Below are positions 1 through 12,446 of a stretch of 64,000 bases of DNA, in pieces. Source of the stretch: Burkholderiales bacterium (GTDB taxonomy: Bacteria; Pseudomonadota; Gammaproteobacteria; Burkholderiales; JACQAP01). The translations under genes and the position numbers were made by a program. Below the pieces are notes generated by a model, which was not told where the DNA came from, ran no database searches, and saw only the letters and a program-made list of their open reading frames with translations. The DNA lies in contig DASZQJ010000166.1 of NCBI GenBank assembly GCA_035549715.1, positions 11,544-75,543 of the forward strand, written 5' to 3'. The stretch's first letter is position 1, and the number at the start of each line of letters is the position of its first letter.

Positions 1-1300
1 CCTCGGCGATCAGTTCGGAAACATACGGCCCGATCATGTGCACGCCGAGGATGCGGTCGGTGTTCGCGTCCGCCAGGACCTTGACGAACCCGGCGGTCTC
101 GCCGATGGCGCGCGCCCGGCCGTTGACGATGAACGGGAACTGGCCGGCCTTGTATTGCACGCCGGCGGTTTTCAAGTCCTGCTCGGTGCGGCCGACCCAG
201 GCGATCTCCGGCGAGGTGTAGATCACCCAGGGCACGGTGTCGAGGTTCACGTGGCCGGATTGGCCCGCAATCATCTCGGCCACTGCCACGCCTTCCTCCG
301 AGGATTTGTGGGCCAGCATCGGCCCGCGAACGACGTCTCCGATCGCATAGACGTTGGCCACGCTGGTGCGGCAATGCCCGTCGACTTCGACAAAACCGCG
401 GGCGTCGATCTTGAGCCCCACCGAATCGGCTGCGAGGTTGTTGCTGTTGGGAGCCCTTCCCACCGCCACGATCAGGCGGTCGAACTCCAGCTTCTGCTCC
501 GCTGCGCCATCGCTGAACTCCACCGTCACGCCCTTCCTTCCCGTCCTGACGGCGCTGATCTTCACGCCCAGCCTGATTTCCAGTCCGACCACCTTGGTGA
601 AGATGCGCAAGGCTTCCTTGGACACCTGCTCGTCGGCCGCCGAGAGGAAGGCCGGCATTGCCTCGAGGACCGTCACCTGCGATCCCAGGCGCTTCCAGAC
701 GCTGCCCATCTCGAGGCCGATCACGCCGGCGCCGATGACGCCCAGGCGCTTCGGGACTTCCGGCAGAGACAGGGCACCGGTGTTGTCAATGATGCGGTCG
801 TTGTCCACCGGGGCAAAGGGCAGCTGGCGCGGCGTTGACCCGGTGGCGATGATGACGTGCTTCGCCTCGATGGTTTCCGCCGATTCGCCATCCCTGACTT
901 CGATCTGGATGGCGGCACCCGCCGACAGGATGCGGCCGTGGCCATGCATCGAGGTCACCTTGTTCTTGCGGAACAGCAGCCCGATGCCCCCGGTGAAGGT
1001 GTCGACGATCTTGTCCTTGCGGGCCAGCATGGTCGGCACGTCCACCGCCACGTCCTTGACCGTGATGCCGTGGTCGGCGAACTTGTGCAGGGCCCGCTCG
1101 TAGTTCTCGGAGGATTCCAGCAGCGCCTTGGAGGGGATGCAGCCCACGTTGAGGCACGTGCCGCCGAGGCTGGGCTTGCCCCTGGCGTTCTTCCACTCGT
1201 CGATGCAGACGGTATTGAGGCCCAGCTGGGCTGCGCGGATCGCCGCGGTGTAACCGCCGGGTCCGGCGCCGATGACTGCGACGTCAAATGACTTTGCCAT
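1..1300 (-). CDS. lpdA: dihydrolipoyl dehydrogenase (E3 component); 3' end runs off the window
   Basis: Absent from the ORF track because the frame stays open to position 1. My reverse-complement translation from ATG 1300..1298 reads [27 protein letters not shown]...[16 protein letters not shown], showing the FAD GxGxxG motif and the redox-active CxxxxC. It lies directly downstream of sucA-sucB. Confidence 0.9.
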   Translation of the reverse strand, partial: MAKSFDVAVIGAGPGGYTAAIRAAQLGLNTVCIDEWKNARGKPSLGGTCLNVGCIPSKALLESSENYERALHKFADHGITVKDVAVDVPTMLARKDKIVDTFTGGIGLLFRKNKVTSMHGHGRILSAGAAIQIEVRDGESAETIEAKHVIIATGSTPRQLPFAPVDNDRIIDNTGALSLPEVPKRLGVIGAGVIGLEMGSVWKRLGSQVTVLEAMPAFLSAADEQVSKEALRIFTKVVGLEIRLGVKISAVRTGRKGVTVEFSDGAAEQKLEFDRLIVAVGRAPNSNNLAADSVGLKIDARGFVEVDGHCRTSVANVYAIGDVVRGPMLAHKSSEEGVAVAEMIAGQSGHVNLDTVPWVIYTSPEIAWVGRTEQDLKTAGVQYKAGQFPFIVNGRARAIGETAGFVKVLADANTDRILGVHMIGPYVSELIAE

Positions 1301-1449
1301 GGTTTCTCGCGAATTGACCACGATGACACAGAACCACGGAGAAACACGGCCGTTCGTCGCTCAAGGAACTCCGCGGGAACTTGACTCCCTTTCGCCGGAC
1401 GTTTCCCCAACCGGCCTTTCTCCGTGTCTCCGCGCCTCTGTGGTAAAAA

Positions 1450-2682
1450 TTAAAGTTCGAGCAGCAGCCGTGCCGGGTCTTCCAGCGCGTCCTTGATCGC
1501 CACCAGGAACAGCACGGCCTCTCGGCCGTCGATGATCCGGTGGTCGTACGACAGGGCCAGGTAGTTCATCGGGCGGATGACGATCTGGCCGTTCTCCACC
1601 ACCGCGCGCTCCTTGGTCGCATGCACGCCCAGGATCGCGCTTTGCGGCGGGTTGATGATCGGCGTGGACAGCATGGAGCCGAAAACCCCGCCGTTGGAAA
1701 TGGAGAACGTGCCGCCGGTCAGCTCCTCGATCGTGAGCTTGCCGTCCTGGGCGCGCTTGCCGAAATCGCTGATCTGCTTCTCGACGTCCGCGAAGGACAG
1801 TGTGTCCACGTTGCGAAGCACCGGCACGACCAGGCCCCGCGGGCTGCCCACGGCGATGCCGATGTCGAAGTAGCCGTGGTAGATGATGTCCGTGCCGTCG
1901 ACGGAGGCGTTCACGACGGGATACTTTTTCAGCGCGTGGACGGCGGCCTTGGCGAAAAAGGACATGAAGCCCAGCTTGACGCCATGCTCCTTCTCGAACT
2001 TGTCCTTGTAGCGGTTGCGCATGTCCATGACCGGTTGCATGTTCACTTCGTTGAACGTGGTCAGGATGGCGGCGGTCGATTGCGATTCGACGAGGCGCTC
2101 GGCCACGCGCTGGCGCAGGCGCGACATCGCGACTCGCTGCTCCGGCCGGTCGCCCAGGAGCTGCTCGACGTTCACCGGCGAGGGCACGGGAGGCAGGCTG
2201 GGGCGGGCTGCCGCGGGCGCGGAGGCGCCGGAAGCGAGCTTGGCGACCACGTCCTCCTTGGTCACGCGACCGCCGCGGCCGGTGCCAGCGATCTGCGAGG
2301 CATCCAGGTTGTTGTCGGCGGCGATCTTGCGGGCCGCGGGCATCACGGGCGCGCCGCTGCCGGCCTTCGGGGTGGCTGGCTTCTCCCCGGGCTTGGCGGC
2401 GGCCGCGGCGGGTGCGGCAGGCTTGCTCTCGGCCGAGGGCTTGCCATCGGTGTCGATGGTCGCGATGACTTCGTTGCTCACCACCGTGCCGCCATCGCCC
2501 TTGACGATCCTGGTGAGCACGCCGGATTCCGGCGCCGGAAGCTCGAGCACTACCTTGTCGGTCTCGATATCGATCAGGTTTTCGTCGCGCTTGACGAACT
2601 CACCGGCCTTCTTGTGCCAGGACAGCAGCGTGGCCTCGGCGACCGATTCGGACAAGGCCGGGACCTTCACTTCGACGAGCAT
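1450..2682 (-). CDS. sucB: dihydrolipoyllysine-residue succinyltransferase (E2 of 2-oxoglutarate dehydrogenase)
   Basis: 410-aa ORF with an N-terminal lipoyl domain ([13 protein letters not shown]), an Ala/Pro-rich linker and a C-terminal acyltransferase core carrying [13 protein letters not shown]. It sits between sucA and lpdA. Confidence 0.95.
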   Translation of the reverse strand: MLVEVKVPALSESVAEATLLSWHKKAGEFVKRDENLIDIETDKVVLELPAPESGVLTRIVKGDGGTVVSNEVIATIDTDGKPSAESKPAAPAAAAAKPGEKPATPKAGSGAPVMPAARKIAADNNLDASQIAGTGRGGRVTKEDVVAKLASGASAPAAARPSLPPVPSPVNVEQLLGDRPEQRVAMSRLRQRVAERLVESQSTAAILTTFNEVNMQPVMDMRNRYKDKFEKEHGVKLGFMSFFAKAAVHALKKYPVVNASVDGTDIIYHGYFDIGIAVGSPRGLVVPVLRNVDTLSFADVEKQISDFGKRAQDGKLTIEELTGGTFSISNGGVFGSMLSTPIINPPQSAILGVHATKERAVVENGQIVIRPMNYLALSYDHRIIDGREAVLFLVAIKDALEDPARLLLEL

Positions 2683-2725
2683 GTTCTCTCCAGTTCTTTT
2701 TCGCGCGCCCCGATGGTTTTTGTTC

Positions 2726-5548
2726 TCATACGCCGTGGGTCAGGGCCGCGTCCACGACGGCTTTCTGCCGCTGGTTATGCAGCGCAAGGTAGCCGCCCGC
2801 GGGGGACGACGATGACGAGCGCAGCGCATAAGACAGCTTCTGGTGCGGCAGCAGGTGCCGCAGCAGGTAATGCTGGATGCGGTGCCACGCGCCCTGGTTG
2901 CCGGGCTCCTCCTGGCACCACACGATCTCCTTCGCTTCCTTGTAACGCTCGATCTCCGCCTTGAACTGGTCGTGCGGGAACGGATAGAGCTGCTCCAGGC
3001 GCACGATGGCGATGTCGTCGACCCCGCGCTCGCGGCGGGCGGCCACGAGGTCGAAGTAGACCTTGCCGCTGCAGAACACGACGCGCTTGACCTTCTTCGC
3101 ATTGTCGAGGCCGGCGTCCGGGATGACCACCTGGTACTCGCCGCTGGCAAGATCTTCCAGGGACGAAACCGATTCCTTGTGGCGCAGCAGGCTCTTCGGG
3201 CTGATGATGATGAGCGGTTTGCGGAACGGACGCACCATCTGCCGCCGCAGCAGGTGGAACATTTGCGCGGGCGTGGACGGGATGCAGATCTGCATGTTGT
3301 AGTCGGCGCACAGCTGCAGGTAGCGCTCGATGCGCGCCGATGAGTGCTCGGGCCCCTGCCCCTCGTAGCCGTGCGGGAGCATCATGACCAGCCCGCAGAT
3401 GCGCCCCCATTTCACCTCACCCGAGGCAATGAACTGGTCGATCACCACCTGCGCGCCGTTGGCAAAGTCGCCGAACTGCGCTTCCCAGATCACGAGCTCG
3501 TTGGGCTCCGCTGTGGCATAGCCGTACTCGAAGCCGAGCACCGCCTCCTCGGACAGCACGGAGTCGATGACCACGAAGTCAGGTTGGCCCTCCGCGATTT
3601 TCTGCAGCGGGATGTAGGTGCCCGAATCCCAGCGCTCGCGGCTCTGGTCGTGCAATACCGCATGGCGGTGGAAGAAGGTGCCGCGGCCGCTGTCCTGCCC
3701 CGACAGGCGCACGGCGTAGCCATCCTTGAGCAGCGATGCGTAGGCAAGGTTCTCCGCCATGCCCCAGTCGAGCGGCAGCGTTCCCGCCCCCATCGCACGG
3801 CGGTCGGCAATGATCTTCTCCACGCGCGGGTGCAACTTGAATTGCTGGGGGACGGTGGTCAGCTTTTCCGCGAGTTGCTTGAGCGCCTCCATCGGCACCG
3901 CCGTGTTTGCCTTGTAGGTCCAGGGGATGTTCTTGAACGGCGCCCAGTTCACCTGGAACGGCGGCTTGTAGTTCGAGAGGACGGTCTTGTTGGTGTGGTA
4001 GCCCTGGTCCAGCGCGTCACGGTAGGTCTTGATCATCTCGTCGACCTCCTCCGCCTTGACCACCCCCTGGGCGACCAGCTTTTCGGCGTAGAGCCTGCGG
4101 GTGCCCGGATGCTGGTTGATGATCTTGTACATGAGCGGCTGCGTGACCATCGGCTCGTCCTGCTCGTTGTGCCCGAGCTTGCGGAAGCACACCAGGTCGA
4201 TCACCACGTCCTTGTGGAACTCCATGCGGAAATCCAGCGCGATCTCGGTCACGAGGGCCACGGCTTCCGGATCGTCCCCGTTCACGTGGAACACGGGCGA
4301 CTCGATCATCTTGGCCACGTCCGTGCAATAAATGGTCGAGCGGGTGTCCCGGGTGTCGGAGGTCGTGAAGCCGATCTGGTTGTTGACGATCACGTGCACG
4401 GTTCCGCCCGTGCCGTAGCCGCGCGTTTGCGACAGGTTCAGCGTCTCCATCACCACGCCCTGGCCAATGAACGCGGCATCGCCGTGCAGCAGCACCGGCA
4501 GGACCTGGCTGCCGTCGCGATCCTTGCGCCGGTGCTGGCGGGCCCGGACCGAGCCTTCCACGACCGGATTCACGATCTCCAGGTGGGAGGGATTGAAGGC
4601 GAGCGTCAGGTGCTGGGGTCCGCCCGGCGTCATGATGTCCGACGAGAAGCCCTGGTGGTACTTCACGTCGCCCATGGGCAGCTGCTCCGCCTGCTTGCCT
4701 TCGAATTCCGAGAACAGGTCCTTGGGCATCTTGCCCAGGATGTTCACCAGCACGTTCAGGCGCCCGCGGTGCGCCATGCCGATCACGGTCTCCTGGATGC
4801 CTCGGGTACCCGCACGTTGCAGCAGAACGTCCAGGAGCGGGATCAGGGAATCGCCGCCCTCGAGCGAAAACCGCTTCTGCCCGACATAGCGCGTGTGCAG
4901 GTATTTTTCCAGCGTCTCCGCGGCCGTCAGGCGCTCCAGGATGTGGCGCTTGGTGTCGGCGTCATAGCTGGGCTGGGACCGCACGCCCTCGAAGCGCTGC
5001 TGGATCCAGCGCTTCTGCTTCGTGTCGGTCATGTACATGTACTCGACGCCGATGGTCCCGCAGTACGTCTCCTTGACGGCGCGCAGGATCTCGCGCAGCG
5101 GCATCTGGTCCGGGCCGACGAGCGATCCGCTGTTGAACACGAGGTTCATGTCGGATTCGACGAGCCCGTGGTGGGCCGGGTCGAGTTCGGGAACGTCGGG
5201 CTTGTCGAAACGCTTCAGCGGGTCGACGTTGGCATGGCGCACGCCGAGGAAACGGTACGCGTTGATGAGCTGGAGGACGGAAACCTGCTTCTTCTCCACA
5301 GTCGCCACGGCCTGGGTCGGCGCGTGCGCGGCATGCCCGTTGCCCTTCTTCGCCAGCTTGATGAAGGATTCGATGACCGGGGCGTGGGCAACGTCGCGCG
5401 CACCGGGCAGCTTCTGCATCTGGTCGAAGTAGCCGCGCCACTCGGCCGAAACGGACTCGGGGTTCTCCAGGTAAGCCTCGTAAAGGGCCTCGATGAAGGG
5501 GGCATTGCCGCCGAACAGGTACGAGTTGCCGAGGAATTCCTTCATCAT
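2726..5548 (-). CDS. sucA: 2-oxoglutarate dehydrogenase E1 component
   Basis: 940-aa ORF of typical SucA length with SucA-like sequence throughout (e.g. [30 protein letters not shown]). Context is gltA-sucA-sucB-lpdA. Confidence 0.95.
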   Translation of the reverse strand: MMKEFLGNSYLFGGNAPFIEALYEAYLENPESVSAEWRGYFDQMQKLPGARDVAHAPVIESFIKLAKKGNGHAAHAPTQAVATVEKKQVSVLQLINAYRFLGVRHANVDPLKRFDKPDVPELDPAHHGLVESDMNLVFNSGSLVGPDQMPLREILRAVKETYCGTIGVEYMYMTDTKQKRWIQQRFEGVRSQPSYDADTKRHILERLTAAETLEKYLHTRYVGQKRFSLEGGDSLIPLLDVLLQRAGTRGIQETVIGMAHRGRLNVLVNILGKMPKDLFSEFEGKQAEQLPMGDVKYHQGFSSDIMTPGGPQHLTLAFNPSHLEIVNPVVEGSVRARQHRRKDRDGSQVLPVLLHGDAAFIGQGVVMETLNLSQTRGYGTGGTVHVIVNNQIGFTTSDTRDTRSTIYCTDVAKMIESPVFHVNGDDPEAVALVTEIALDFRMEFHKDVVIDLVCFRKLGHNEQDEPMVTQPLMYKIINQHPGTRRLYAEKLVAQGVVKAEEVDEMIKTYRDALDQGYHTNKTVLSNYKPPFQVNWAPFKNIPWTYKANTAVPMEALKQLAEKLTTVPQQFKLHPRVEKIIADRRAMGAGTLPLDWGMAENLAYASLLKDGYAVRLSGQDSGRGTFFHRHAVLHDQSRERWDSGTYIPLQKIAEGQPDFVVIDSVLSEEAVLGFEYGYATAEPNELVIWEAQFGDFANGAQVVIDQFIASGEVKWGRICGLVMMLPHGYEGQGPEHSSARIERYLQLCADYNMQICIPSTPAQMFHLLRRQMVRPFRKPLIIISPKSLLRHKESVSSLEDLASGEYQVVIPDAGLDNAKKVKRVVFCSGKVYFDLVAARRERGVDDIAIVRLEQLYPFPHDQFKAEIERYKEAKEIVWCQEEPGNQGAWHRIQHYLLRHLLPHQKLSYALRSSSSSPAGGYLALHNQRQKAVVDAALTHGV

Positions 5549-5588
5549 GGCGGTCTGCCTCCGTGTCTGGTTCCGTCGTCGCGCCCGC

Positions 5589-6887
5589 TCAGCGCTTGTC
5601 CATGGGCGGGACGTCGCGCCGCGCAGGGCCGGTGTAGAGCTGGCGCGGCCGGCCGATCTTCTGCTCGGGGTCGCTGATCATCTCGTTCCACTGGGCAATC
5701 CAGCCCACCGTCCGGGCCAGCGCGAAAATGCAGGTGAACATGGACACCGGGATGCCCAGGGCGCGCTGGACGATGCCGGAATAGAAGTCCACGTTCGGGT
5801 ACAGCTTGCGGCTGACGAAGTAGTCGTCTTCCAGGGCGACCTTCTCCAGGGCCATCGCCAGCTTGAACAGCCGGTCGTTCTCCAGTCCCAGCTCGCCCAG
5901 CACTTCGTAGCACGTCTCGCGCATCAGCTTGGCCCGCGGATCGTAGTTCTTGTAGACGCGGTGGCCAAACCCCATGAGCTTCACGCCGGAGTTCTTGTCC
6001 TTGGCCTTCTTGACGAATTCGCCGATCTTGGAGACGTCGCCGATCTCCTCGAGCATGTTGAGCGCGGCCTCGTTGGCGCCGCCGTGCGCCGGACCCCACA
6101 GGCAGGCGATGCCGGCCGCGACGCAGGCGAACGGGTTTGCGCCCGAGGAGCCGGCCAGACGCACCGTGGACGTGGAGGCGTTCTGCTCATGGTCCGCATG
6201 CAGGATGAAGATGCGGTCCAGCGCGCGCACCAGCACTTCGTTGACCTTGTATTCCTCGGCGGGCACCGCGAACATCATGCGCATGAAGTTCCCGGTGTAG
6301 GAGAGCGAATTCAGCGGATAGACGAAGGGCTGGCCGATCGAATACTTGTAGGCCATCGCCGTGATCGTCGGCATCTTGGCGATCAGCCGGAACGCCGAAA
6401 TCTGCCTGTGCGCCGGATTATTCAGGTCGAGGGAGTCGTGGTAGAAGGCCGACAGCGCGCCCACCGTGCCGACCATCACCGCCATGGGATGCGCATCGCG
6501 GCGGAAGCCGCGGAAAAAGTTGTTGAGCTGGTCGTGGACCATCGTGTGCCGGGTCACGATGTTCACGAATTCCGCCCTCTGGGATGCGTTCGGCAGCTCG
6601 CCGTTGATCAGCAGGTAGCAGACTTCCAGGAAGTCGCAGTGCCGGGCGAGCTGCTCGATAGGATAGCCGCGGTACAGCAGCACGCCTTCGTCGCCGTCGA
6701 TGTAGGTGATGGCGGACCGGCAGCTGGCGGTGGAGAGGAAGCCGGGGTCGTAGGTGAACTTGCCGGTCTTGCCGAGCAGGGTGCGGATGTCGACCACGTC
6801 GGGGCCGATGGTGCCCCCGAGGACGGGAAATTCGACGGGAGCGGTGCTGTCGCCGAAGGAGATTGTTGCGCTGCGCTTATCGGTCAT
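5589..6887 (-). CDS. gltA: citrate synthase (type II)
   Basis: 432-aa ORF with citrate synthase signatures ([28 protein letters not shown]). Confidence 0.95.
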   Translation of the reverse strand: MTDKRSATISFGDSTAPVEFPVLGGTIGPDVVDIRTLLGKTGKFTYDPGFLSTASCRSAITYIDGDEGVLLYRGYPIEQLARHCDFLEVCYLLINGELPNASQRAEFVNIVTRHTMVHDQLNNFFRGFRRDAHPMAVMVGTVGALSAFYHDSLDLNNPAHRQISAFRLIAKMPTITAMAYKYSIGQPFVYPLNSLSYTGNFMRMMFAVPAEEYKVNEVLVRALDRIFILHADHEQNASTSTVRLAGSSGANPFACVAAGIACLWGPAHGGANEAALNMLEEIGDVSKIGEFVKKAKDKNSGVKLMGFGHRVYKNYDPRAKLMRETCYEVLGELGLENDRLFKLAMALEKVALEDDYFVSRKLYPNVDFYSGIVQRALGIPVSMFTCIFALARTVGWIAQWNEMISDPEQKIGRPRQLYTGPARRDVPPMDKR

Positions 6888-6976
6888 GTTCTCGCTCGCT
6901 CCAGTTGCACATGAAGGGCTTAAGTCTATCAGCTTGTTATGAATATGAGGACCGGAAGTGGCGCTGCAATACCCTC

Positions 6977-7204
6977 CTAATCGAATAATTTGATTAAATT
7001 CTGGATTCGGGGCTCTTGCGCAGACACCTTTCCACTCAGCAAGTCCCAGAGGTCGTTGTCAGGTAGGTCCAGGAGCGCTTTGAAAACAGCCTTTTGCTCC
7101 AGATCCAGTCCGCCGTAGTGTTTATCCAGAAATTTTGACAAAACGATATCCAGCTCCAGCATCCCCCGCCGGCAATGCCAACGGACGCGATCCTCGTCGC
7201 GCAT
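6977..7204 (-). CDS. sdhE: FAD assembly factor SdhE (succinate dehydrogenase assembly factor 2)
   Basis: 75-aa ORF with the RGxxE motif (CRRGMLELD) and DLWDLL, placed immediately after sdhB. Confidence 0.8.
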   Translation of the reverse strand: MRDEDRVRWHCRRGMLELDIVLSKFLDKHYGGLDLEQKAVFKALLDLPDNDLWDLLSGKVSAQEPRIQNLIKLFD

Positions 7205-7211
7205 GGGCCGG

Positions 7212-7907
7212 CTAGACGGCGCGCTTGACCATCAGGTCCTTGATCTTGCCGATGGCGCGCGTGGGATTGAGGCCCTTGGGGCAGACATCCACGCAATTCA
7301 TGATCGAGTGGCAGCGGAACAGGCGGTACGGGTCCTCCAGGTTGTCGAGCCGTTCCGAGGTGGCCTGGTCGCGGGTATCGGCAAGAAACCGGTAGGCCTG
7401 AAGCAGGCCGGCCGGGCCGACGAACTTGTCCGGGTTCCACCAGAACGAGGGGCAGGCCGTCGAGCAACAGGCGCAAAGGATGCACTCGTACAGGCCGTCG
7501 AGCTCGGCGCGCTCGGCGGGGGTTTGCAGCCTTTCCTTTTCCGGAACCGGTTCGTTGTTGACGAGGTACGGCTTCACCGAATGGTATTGCTTGAAGAACT
7601 GGGTCATGTCCACGATCAGGTCGCGGATCACCGGCAGGCCGGGCAGCGGGCGCAGCGTAACCGGTTCCTTCAGGCCGGCCAGGGGGGTGACGCAGGCCAG
7701 TCCGTTCTTGCCGTTGATGTTCATCGCATCCGAGCCGCATACCCCTTCCCGGCAGGAGCGGCGCAGCGAAAGCGAATCGTCCGCCGCCTTGATGCGCACC
7801 AGGGCATCGAGCAGCATCCGGTCCGAGGGCTGCAGCTCGATGTCATAGTCCTGCATGCGCGGCTGGCTGTCCTTTTCCGGATCGTAGCGGTAGATGCTGA
7901 ATTTCAT
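7212..7907 (-). CDS. sdhB: succinate dehydrogenase iron-sulfur subunit
   Basis: 231-aa ORF with three Cys clusters (CREGVCGSDAMNING, CILCACCSTACP, CHSIMNCVDVCPKGL). Confidence 0.95.
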   Translation of the reverse strand: MKFSIYRYDPEKDSQPRMQDYDIELQPSDRMLLDALVRIKAADDSLSLRRSCREGVCGSDAMNINGKNGLACVTPLAGLKEPVTLRPLPGLPVIRDLIVDMTQFFKQYHSVKPYLVNNEPVPEKERLQTPAERAELDGLYECILCACCSTACPSFWWNPDKFVGPAGLLQAYRFLADTRDQATSERLDNLEDPYRLFRCHSIMNCVDVCPKGLNPTRAIGKIKDLMVKRAV

Positions 7908-7918
7908 CGGGGGCCCGT

Positions 7919-9703
7919 TCAGTAGGTTCGTTTCTTGGGTTCGAAGGATTCGGCCGTCAGGGGCTTCAGGTGCACGGGCTTGTAGTCCAGCCGGCTGTCC
8001 TGCCTGTACCAGAGCGTGTGCTTGAGCCAGTCCTGGTCGTTGCGCCCGTTGGGATGCTGGGGGGTGTCGCCAAAGTCGGCCCGGTCGTGCGCGCCCCGGC
8101 TTTCCTTGCGTGCCTCGGCGGAGACGAGGGTCGCCACGGCGACCTCGATCAGGTTCTCCAGCTCCAGGGCCTCGACGCGCGCCGTATTGAACACCTTGCT
8201 CTTGTCCTGGATCATCGTGCGCTTCACGCGCTCGGCGGTCTCCTTGATCTTCTTCACGCCCTCCACCAGCATGTCCGGGAAGCGGAACACGCCGCAGTGC
8301 GCCTGCATGATCCGGCGCATCTCGGCGCCGGTCTCGTACACGCTTTCCCCGTTTGTCTGGCTGTCCAGGCGCGCCAGGCGCGCGAGCGTCATGTCAGCGG
8401 CATCCCTGGGCAGGTCCTTGTGGCCGGGGTTTTCCCTGAGGAAACGGATGGTCGTATCGCCCGACGCCTTGCCGAACACGAGCAGGTCGGTAAGCGAATT
8501 GGTGCCGAGGCGGTTGGCCCCGTGCACGGAAGCGCACGCGCATTCGCCGGCAGCGTAAAAGCCCGGCACGACCGACTCCGGGTTGCCGTCCTTGGGCACC
8601 ACCACCTCGCCGCGGTAGTTCGTGGGAATGCCGCCCATCTGGTAATGGCAGGTCGGCACCACCGGGATCGGATCCTTCACCGGGTCGACGTTCGCGAATT
8701 TCCTGGCGATCTCGCGGATGCCGGGGAGGCGCTTTTCGACCACTTCCACGCCCAGGTGGTCAAGCTTGAGCAGGATGTAGTCGCCGTCGGGACCGGCGCC
8801 GCGGCCTTCCTTGATCTCTGTGGCCATGGCCCGTGACACCACGTCGCGGGATGCCAGGTCCTTCATGGTCGGCGCATAGCGTTCCATGAACCGCTCGCCG
8901 TTCTTGTTGAGCAGGTAGCCCCCCTCCCCTCGCACGCCCTCGGTGATGAGCACGCCCGCGCCGGCCACGCCGGTGGGGTGGAACTGCCAGAACTCCATGT
9001 CCTCGAGCGGGATGCCGGCGCGCGCGGCCATGCCCAGGCCGTCGCCGGTGTTGATGAAGGCGTTGGTGCTCGCCGAGAATATGCGCCCCGCACCGCCCGT
9101 GGCGAACAGCACGGCCCGCGCGTGCAGGATCGAAACCTCGCCGGTCTCCATTTCCATCGCGGTCACGCCCAGCACCTGGCCGGAAGCGTCGCGGACCAGG
9201 TCGAGGGCCATCCATTCCACGAAGAACTGGGTGTTGGCCCGGACGTTGCGCTGGTAGAGCGTGTGCAGCATCGCATGCCCGGTCCGGTCGGCCGCGCAGC
9301 AGCTGCGCTGCACCGGGCGCTCGCCGAAGTTCTGCGAATGGCCCCCGAACGGCCGCTGGTAGACGGTGCCGTTGTCGTTGCGGTCAAAGGGCATGCCGTA
9401 ATGCTCCAGCTCGAGCACGACCTTGGGCGCCTCGCGGCACAGGAACTCGATCGCATCCTGGTCGCCAAGGTAATCGGAGCCCTTGACCGTGTCGTACATG
9501 TGCCAGAGCCAGCTGTCCTCGCCCATGTTGCCGAGCGCGGCGCCGATGCCGCCCTGCGCCGCCACCGTGTGGGATCGCGTCGGGAACACCTTGGAAAGCA
9601 CCGCCACCCTGAATCCGGCCTCGGCCAGTTGCAACGAGGCGCGCATGCCCGCACCGCCGGCGCCCACGATCACTGCATCGAATTTTCTTACGGGGATGGC
9701 CAT
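7919..9703 (-). CDS. sdhA: succinate dehydrogenase flavoprotein subunit
   Basis: The ORF-track frame is 7919..9745. I placed the start at the internal ATG 9703 ([22 protein letters not shown]), which sits just before the FAD dinucleotide-binding motif. The rest is typical SdhA ([15 protein letters not shown]). Confidence 0.95.
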   Translation of the reverse strand: MAIPVRKFDAVIVGAGGAGMRASLQLAEAGFRVAVLSKVFPTRSHTVAAQGGIGAALGNMGEDSWLWHMYDTVKGSDYLGDQDAIEFLCREAPKVVLELEHYGMPFDRNDNGTVYQRPFGGHSQNFGERPVQRSCCAADRTGHAMLHTLYQRNVRANTQFFVEWMALDLVRDASGQVLGVTAMEMETGEVSILHARAVLFATGGAGRIFSASTNAFINTGDGLGMAARAGIPLEDMEFWQFHPTGVAGAGVLITEGVRGEGGYLLNKNGERFMERYAPTMKDLASRDVVSRAMATEIKEGRGAGPDGDYILLKLDHLGVEVVEKRLPGIREIARKFANVDPVKDPIPVVPTCHYQMGGIPTNYRGEVVVPKDGNPESVVPGFYAAGECACASVHGANRLGTNSLTDLLVFGKASGDTTIRFLRENPGHKDLPRDAADMTLARLARLDSQTNGESVYETGAEMRRIMQAHCGVFRFPDMLVEGVKKIKETAERVKRTMIQDKSKVFNTARVEALELENLIEVAVATLVSAEARKESRGAHDRADFGDTPQHPNGRNDQDWLKHTLWYRQDSRLDYKPVHLKPLTAESFEPKKRTY

Positions 9704-9707
9704 CGGG

Positions 9708-10055
9708 TCAGAGGCTCCAGAGGATCTGAATGGCCCAGCCGGCATAGGCGATCAGGACCAAGATTGCGAGGCATTCGAGCGCGAGCCGCAAGGCGGCTGG
9801 CTTGGCGTAGTCCATGAGGATGTCGCGCACGCCGATCCAGGCATGCCAGAACAGGCTCACGAAAAAGGCGAAGGTGGCAATGCGCATGAACTGGTTCTGG
9901 AACAGCGCGCGCCAGTCACCGTAGTGTTGCGGTGGACAGGCGACGAGCATCACGGCAAAGCCGACGAGGTAGGCCGCCATGACCACGGCGGTGATGCGCT
10001 GCGCGAGCCAGTCCTTCAGTCCGTAGTGGGCGCCGACGACGATGCGCTTCACCAT
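9708..10055 (-). CDS. sdhD: succinate dehydrogenase membrane anchor subunit
   Basis: The last 115 aa of ORF 9708..10598 read [30 protein letters not shown]... and contain three hydrophobic helices. ATG at 10055..10053 overlaps the sdhC stop. Confidence 0.85.
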   Translation of the reverse strand: MVKRIVVGAHYGLKDWLAQRITAVVMAAYLVGFAVMLVACPPQHYGDWRALFQNQFMRIATFAFFVSLFWHAWIGVRDILMDYAKPAALRLALECLAILVLIAYAGWAIQILWSL

Positions 10056-10426
10056 AGCAGGGCTCCCAGCGCGGCGGTCAGCATCAGGCTCGCGGCCAGG
10101 ACGGCCCAGCTGGTCGCCCGGGCCTGCCTCAAGTCGCCGAAGACGTGGATATCCAGCAGGAGGAAGCGAATGCCGGCGAGAAAGTGGTGAAGCAATGCCC
10201 AGAGCATGCCGATCAGGAAGAGCTTCATCCACCAGGCGTCCGCCAGGTCGCGAAAGCGCACGTAGCTCTCCGGGGATTGCAGGCTGGCCTGGAACAGGTA
10301 GAGCAGCACGCCGGCAAAAAGGAACAGCGCGGCGCCGCTGATGCGATGGAGGATGGATACGACGGCCGGCACGGGCTGGCGGATCCGGAGGAGATCGAGG
10401 TACTTGAGGCGTCGTCTGTCGGTCAT
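10049..10426 (-). CDS. sdhC: succinate dehydrogenase cytochrome b556 subunit
   Basis: ORF 10049..10519. The internal start MTDRRRLKYLDLLRIRQPVPAVVSILHRISG (ATG 10426) matches usual SdhC N-termini. Three TM helices are present. Confidence 0.85.
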   Translation of the reverse strand: MTDRRRLKYLDLLRIRQPVPAVVSILHRISGAALFLFAGVLLYLFQASLQSPESYVRFRDLADAWWMKLFLIGMLWALLHHFLAGIRFLLLDIHVFGDLRQARATSWAVLAASLMLTAALGALLW

Positions 10427-10476
10427 CGGCAGTTCCTGGGATCTGGCTGTCTTGTTCTGTTCGGGTCCGGAACGCG

Positions 10477-11211
10477 TCACACGATGCGGTTTCGGTAGTG
10501 ATGGTCCCGCGTATGGCACTGGCTGCGGCGCAGCTCGACCGGCTTTTCGGCGTAAGTATAGGCCACCCGGTCGATGACCAATAACGGCTCACCGGCACGG
10601 ACCTGCAGGTGCCTGGTCACCGCCCCTTCCGCGGCCACGGCCTTGATCTGCTCGTCGACGTGGAGGATGCGCTGGTCGAACTCGGACTCGTACATGCTGT
10701 AGAGCATGCAATGGTGGCGCTCGATGGTGTCCAGGGTCAGCCCCCGGAAGGGCACCGCCGGCAGCCGGATTTCCTCGTAGATGACCTTGTCGCCGCCGAT
10801 GGAAAGGGTGCGCAGGATCAGGAAGCCGCCCGACCCGGTGGACAGGCCCAGCTTGCGGGCGGAGGCCGCGTCGAGCTTGACCTTGCGGCATTCGAGCAGG
10901 TGGGCCGTGAGGGATTCCACCTGGGTGCGGTCCGGCCGGATGCTCAGGTAGGGAAACTGGCTGCGCTCCTCGGAATGCGAGGCGACGAAGGTTCCCTTGC
11001 CCTGCTGGCGCACGAGCAGGTTCTCACCCGCGAGTTCGCCGATCGCCTTGCGCACCGTGCCCTGGCTCACGCTGAAGCGCGTGGCGAGCTCGATCTCGCT
11101 GGGAATGAGGTCGCCGGGACGCCACTCGCCCGACACCAGGCTCTGCGTGATGAGCGTCTTGATCTGCCGGTAAAGCGGCTGGAAGGCGGGTGCGTTGGCG
11201 GAGGATTTCAT
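10477..11211 (-). CDS. GntR-family (HutC-like) transcriptional regulator
   Basis: 244-aa ORF with an N-terminal winged HTH (IPSEIELATRFSVSQGTVRKAIGELAGENLLVRQQGKGTFV) and a C-terminal UTRA-like effector domain. It sits upstream of sdhC on the same strand. Confidence 0.85.
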   Translation of the reverse strand: MKSSANAPAFQPLYRQIKTLITQSLVSGEWRPGDLIPSEIELATRFSVSQGTVRKAIGELAGENLLVRQQGKGTFVASHSEERSQFPYLSIRPDRTQVESLTAHLLECRKVKLDAASARKLGLSTGSGGFLILRTLSIGGDKVIYEEIRLPAVPFRGLTLDTIERHHCMLYSMYESEFDQRILHVDEQIKAVAAEGAVTRHLQVRAGEPLLVIDRVAYTYAEKPVELRRSQCHTRDHHYRNRIV

Positions 11212-11293
11212 GGCGTGTCGCGGCGGTTTTTTAGCACGGATCGACCGGTTCCGTCCATGGTAACAGATGTCTTTTATAAGATATAAGAGTTGT

Positions 11294-11323
11294 TTGACAC
11301 CTGCAAACGCGCTTCGCTATGAT
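11294..11323 (+). promoter_or_regulatory. candidate sigma-70 promoter for mdh (TTGACA-N18-TATGAT)
   Basis: TTGACA lies at 11294-11299 and TATGAT at 11318-11323, in the gntR/mdh divergent region. A small palindrome, TTATA-N3-TATAA, sits at 11274-11286 just upstream. Confidence 0.35.
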
Positions 11324-11442
11324 GCGGGGCAAAATCCGTCCCGCCGGCGCCACTGGTGGCGACTCCGCCGGCCCGATCCGGTCGGTCATACCCGATTGAT
11401 TCAAAACCAAGAAGACGTCATCGCACGCAGGAGATCCCGCCC

Positions 11443-12429
11443 ATGAAGACCCCCGTTCGAGTCGCAGTCACCGGCGCCGCCGGTCAGATCGGCTACAGCC
11501 TGCTGTTCCGGATCGCCAGCGGCGAAATGCTGGGCAAGGACCAGCCGGTCATCCTGCAGATGCTGGAGATCCCCGACGAGAAGGCGCAGGCCGCGCTCAA
11601 GGGCGTGATGATGGAACTGGAAGACTGCGCCTTCCCGCTGCTTGCCGGGATGATTGCGGCCTCCGATCCCAAGATCGCCTTCAAGGACGCCGACTACGCG
11701 CTGCTCGTCGGCGCCCGTCCCCGCTCCAAGGGCATGGAACGCAAGGACCTGCTGGAAGCCAACGGCGCGATCTTCACCGGCCAGGGCAGGGCGCTCAACG
11801 ACGTCGCCAGTCGAGGGGTCAGGGTGCTGGTGGTCGGCAACCCGGCAAATACCAACGCCTACATCGCCATGAAAAGCGCGCCGGACCTGCCGCGCGAGAA
11901 CTTCACTGCGATGCTGCGGCTGGACCACAACCGCGCCCTTTCGCAACTGGCGGCCAAGAGCGGCAAGCCCGTGGATTCGATCGAGAAGCTGATCGTCTGG
12001 GGCAACCACTCCCCGACGATGTATCCCGACTATCGCTTCACCACCATCGCCGGCCAGCCCGCGCCCAAAGTCATCAATGACGAGGCCTGGTATCGCGACA
12101 ACTTCATTCCCACGGTGGGCAAGCGCGGCGCCGCGATCATCGAGGCGCGCGGCCTGTCCTCGGCCGCCTCGGCGGCGAACGCCGCCATCGACCACGTGCG
12201 TGACTGGGCGCTCGGCAGCAATGGCAAATGGGTCACGATGGGCATCCCGTCGGACGGCGCCTACGGCATCCCGGATGGCGTGATGTACGGCTTCCCGGTC
12301 ACCACGGCGGGGGGCAAGTACCAGATGGTCAAGGGCCTGGAGATCGACGCCTTCAGCCGCGGCAAGATGGACGCCACCCTGAAGGAGCTCGAGGAAGAGC
12401 GCGCCGCGGTCGCCCACCTGCTCAAATAG
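11443..12429 (+). CDS. mdh: malate dehydrogenase
   Basis: ORF 11356..12429. I used ATG 11443 ([31 protein letters not shown]) because it gives the canonical N-terminal Rossmann motif and has GGAG upstream. Confidence 0.95.
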   Translation: MKTPVRVAVTGAAGQIGYSLLFRIASGEMLGKDQPVILQMLEIPDEKAQAALKGVMMELEDCAFPLLAGMIAASDPKIAFKDADYALLVGARPRSKGMERKDLLEANGAIFTGQGRALNDVASRGVRVLVVGNPANTNAYIAMKSAPDLPRENFTAMLRLDHNRALSQLAAKSGKPVDSIEKLIVWGNHSPTMYPDYRFTTIAGQPAPKVINDEAWYRDNFIPTVGKRGAAIIEARGLSSAASAANAAIDHVRDWALGSNGKWVTMGIPSDGAYGIPDGVMYGFPVTTAGGKYQMVKGLEIDAFSRGKMDATLKELEEERAAVAHLLK

Positions 12430-12446
12430 CCGCCCCGCCAGCGCCG

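Noticed and set aside
1301-1449. Long-range complementarity CACGGAGAAA (about 1341) / TTTCTCCGTG (about 1420) in the sucB-lpdA spacer.
   Set aside because: It is a short (10-bp) stem with a loop of about 70 nt in an ordinary intercistronic region. It is plausible mRNA structure but nothing distinguishes it from chance.
5549-11211. The co-directional gntR-sdhCDAB-sdhE-gltA-sucAB-lpdA super-cluster as something unusual.
   Set aside because: As far as I recall this is the common arrangement of TCA genes in betaproteobacteria. All genes are intact and conventional.
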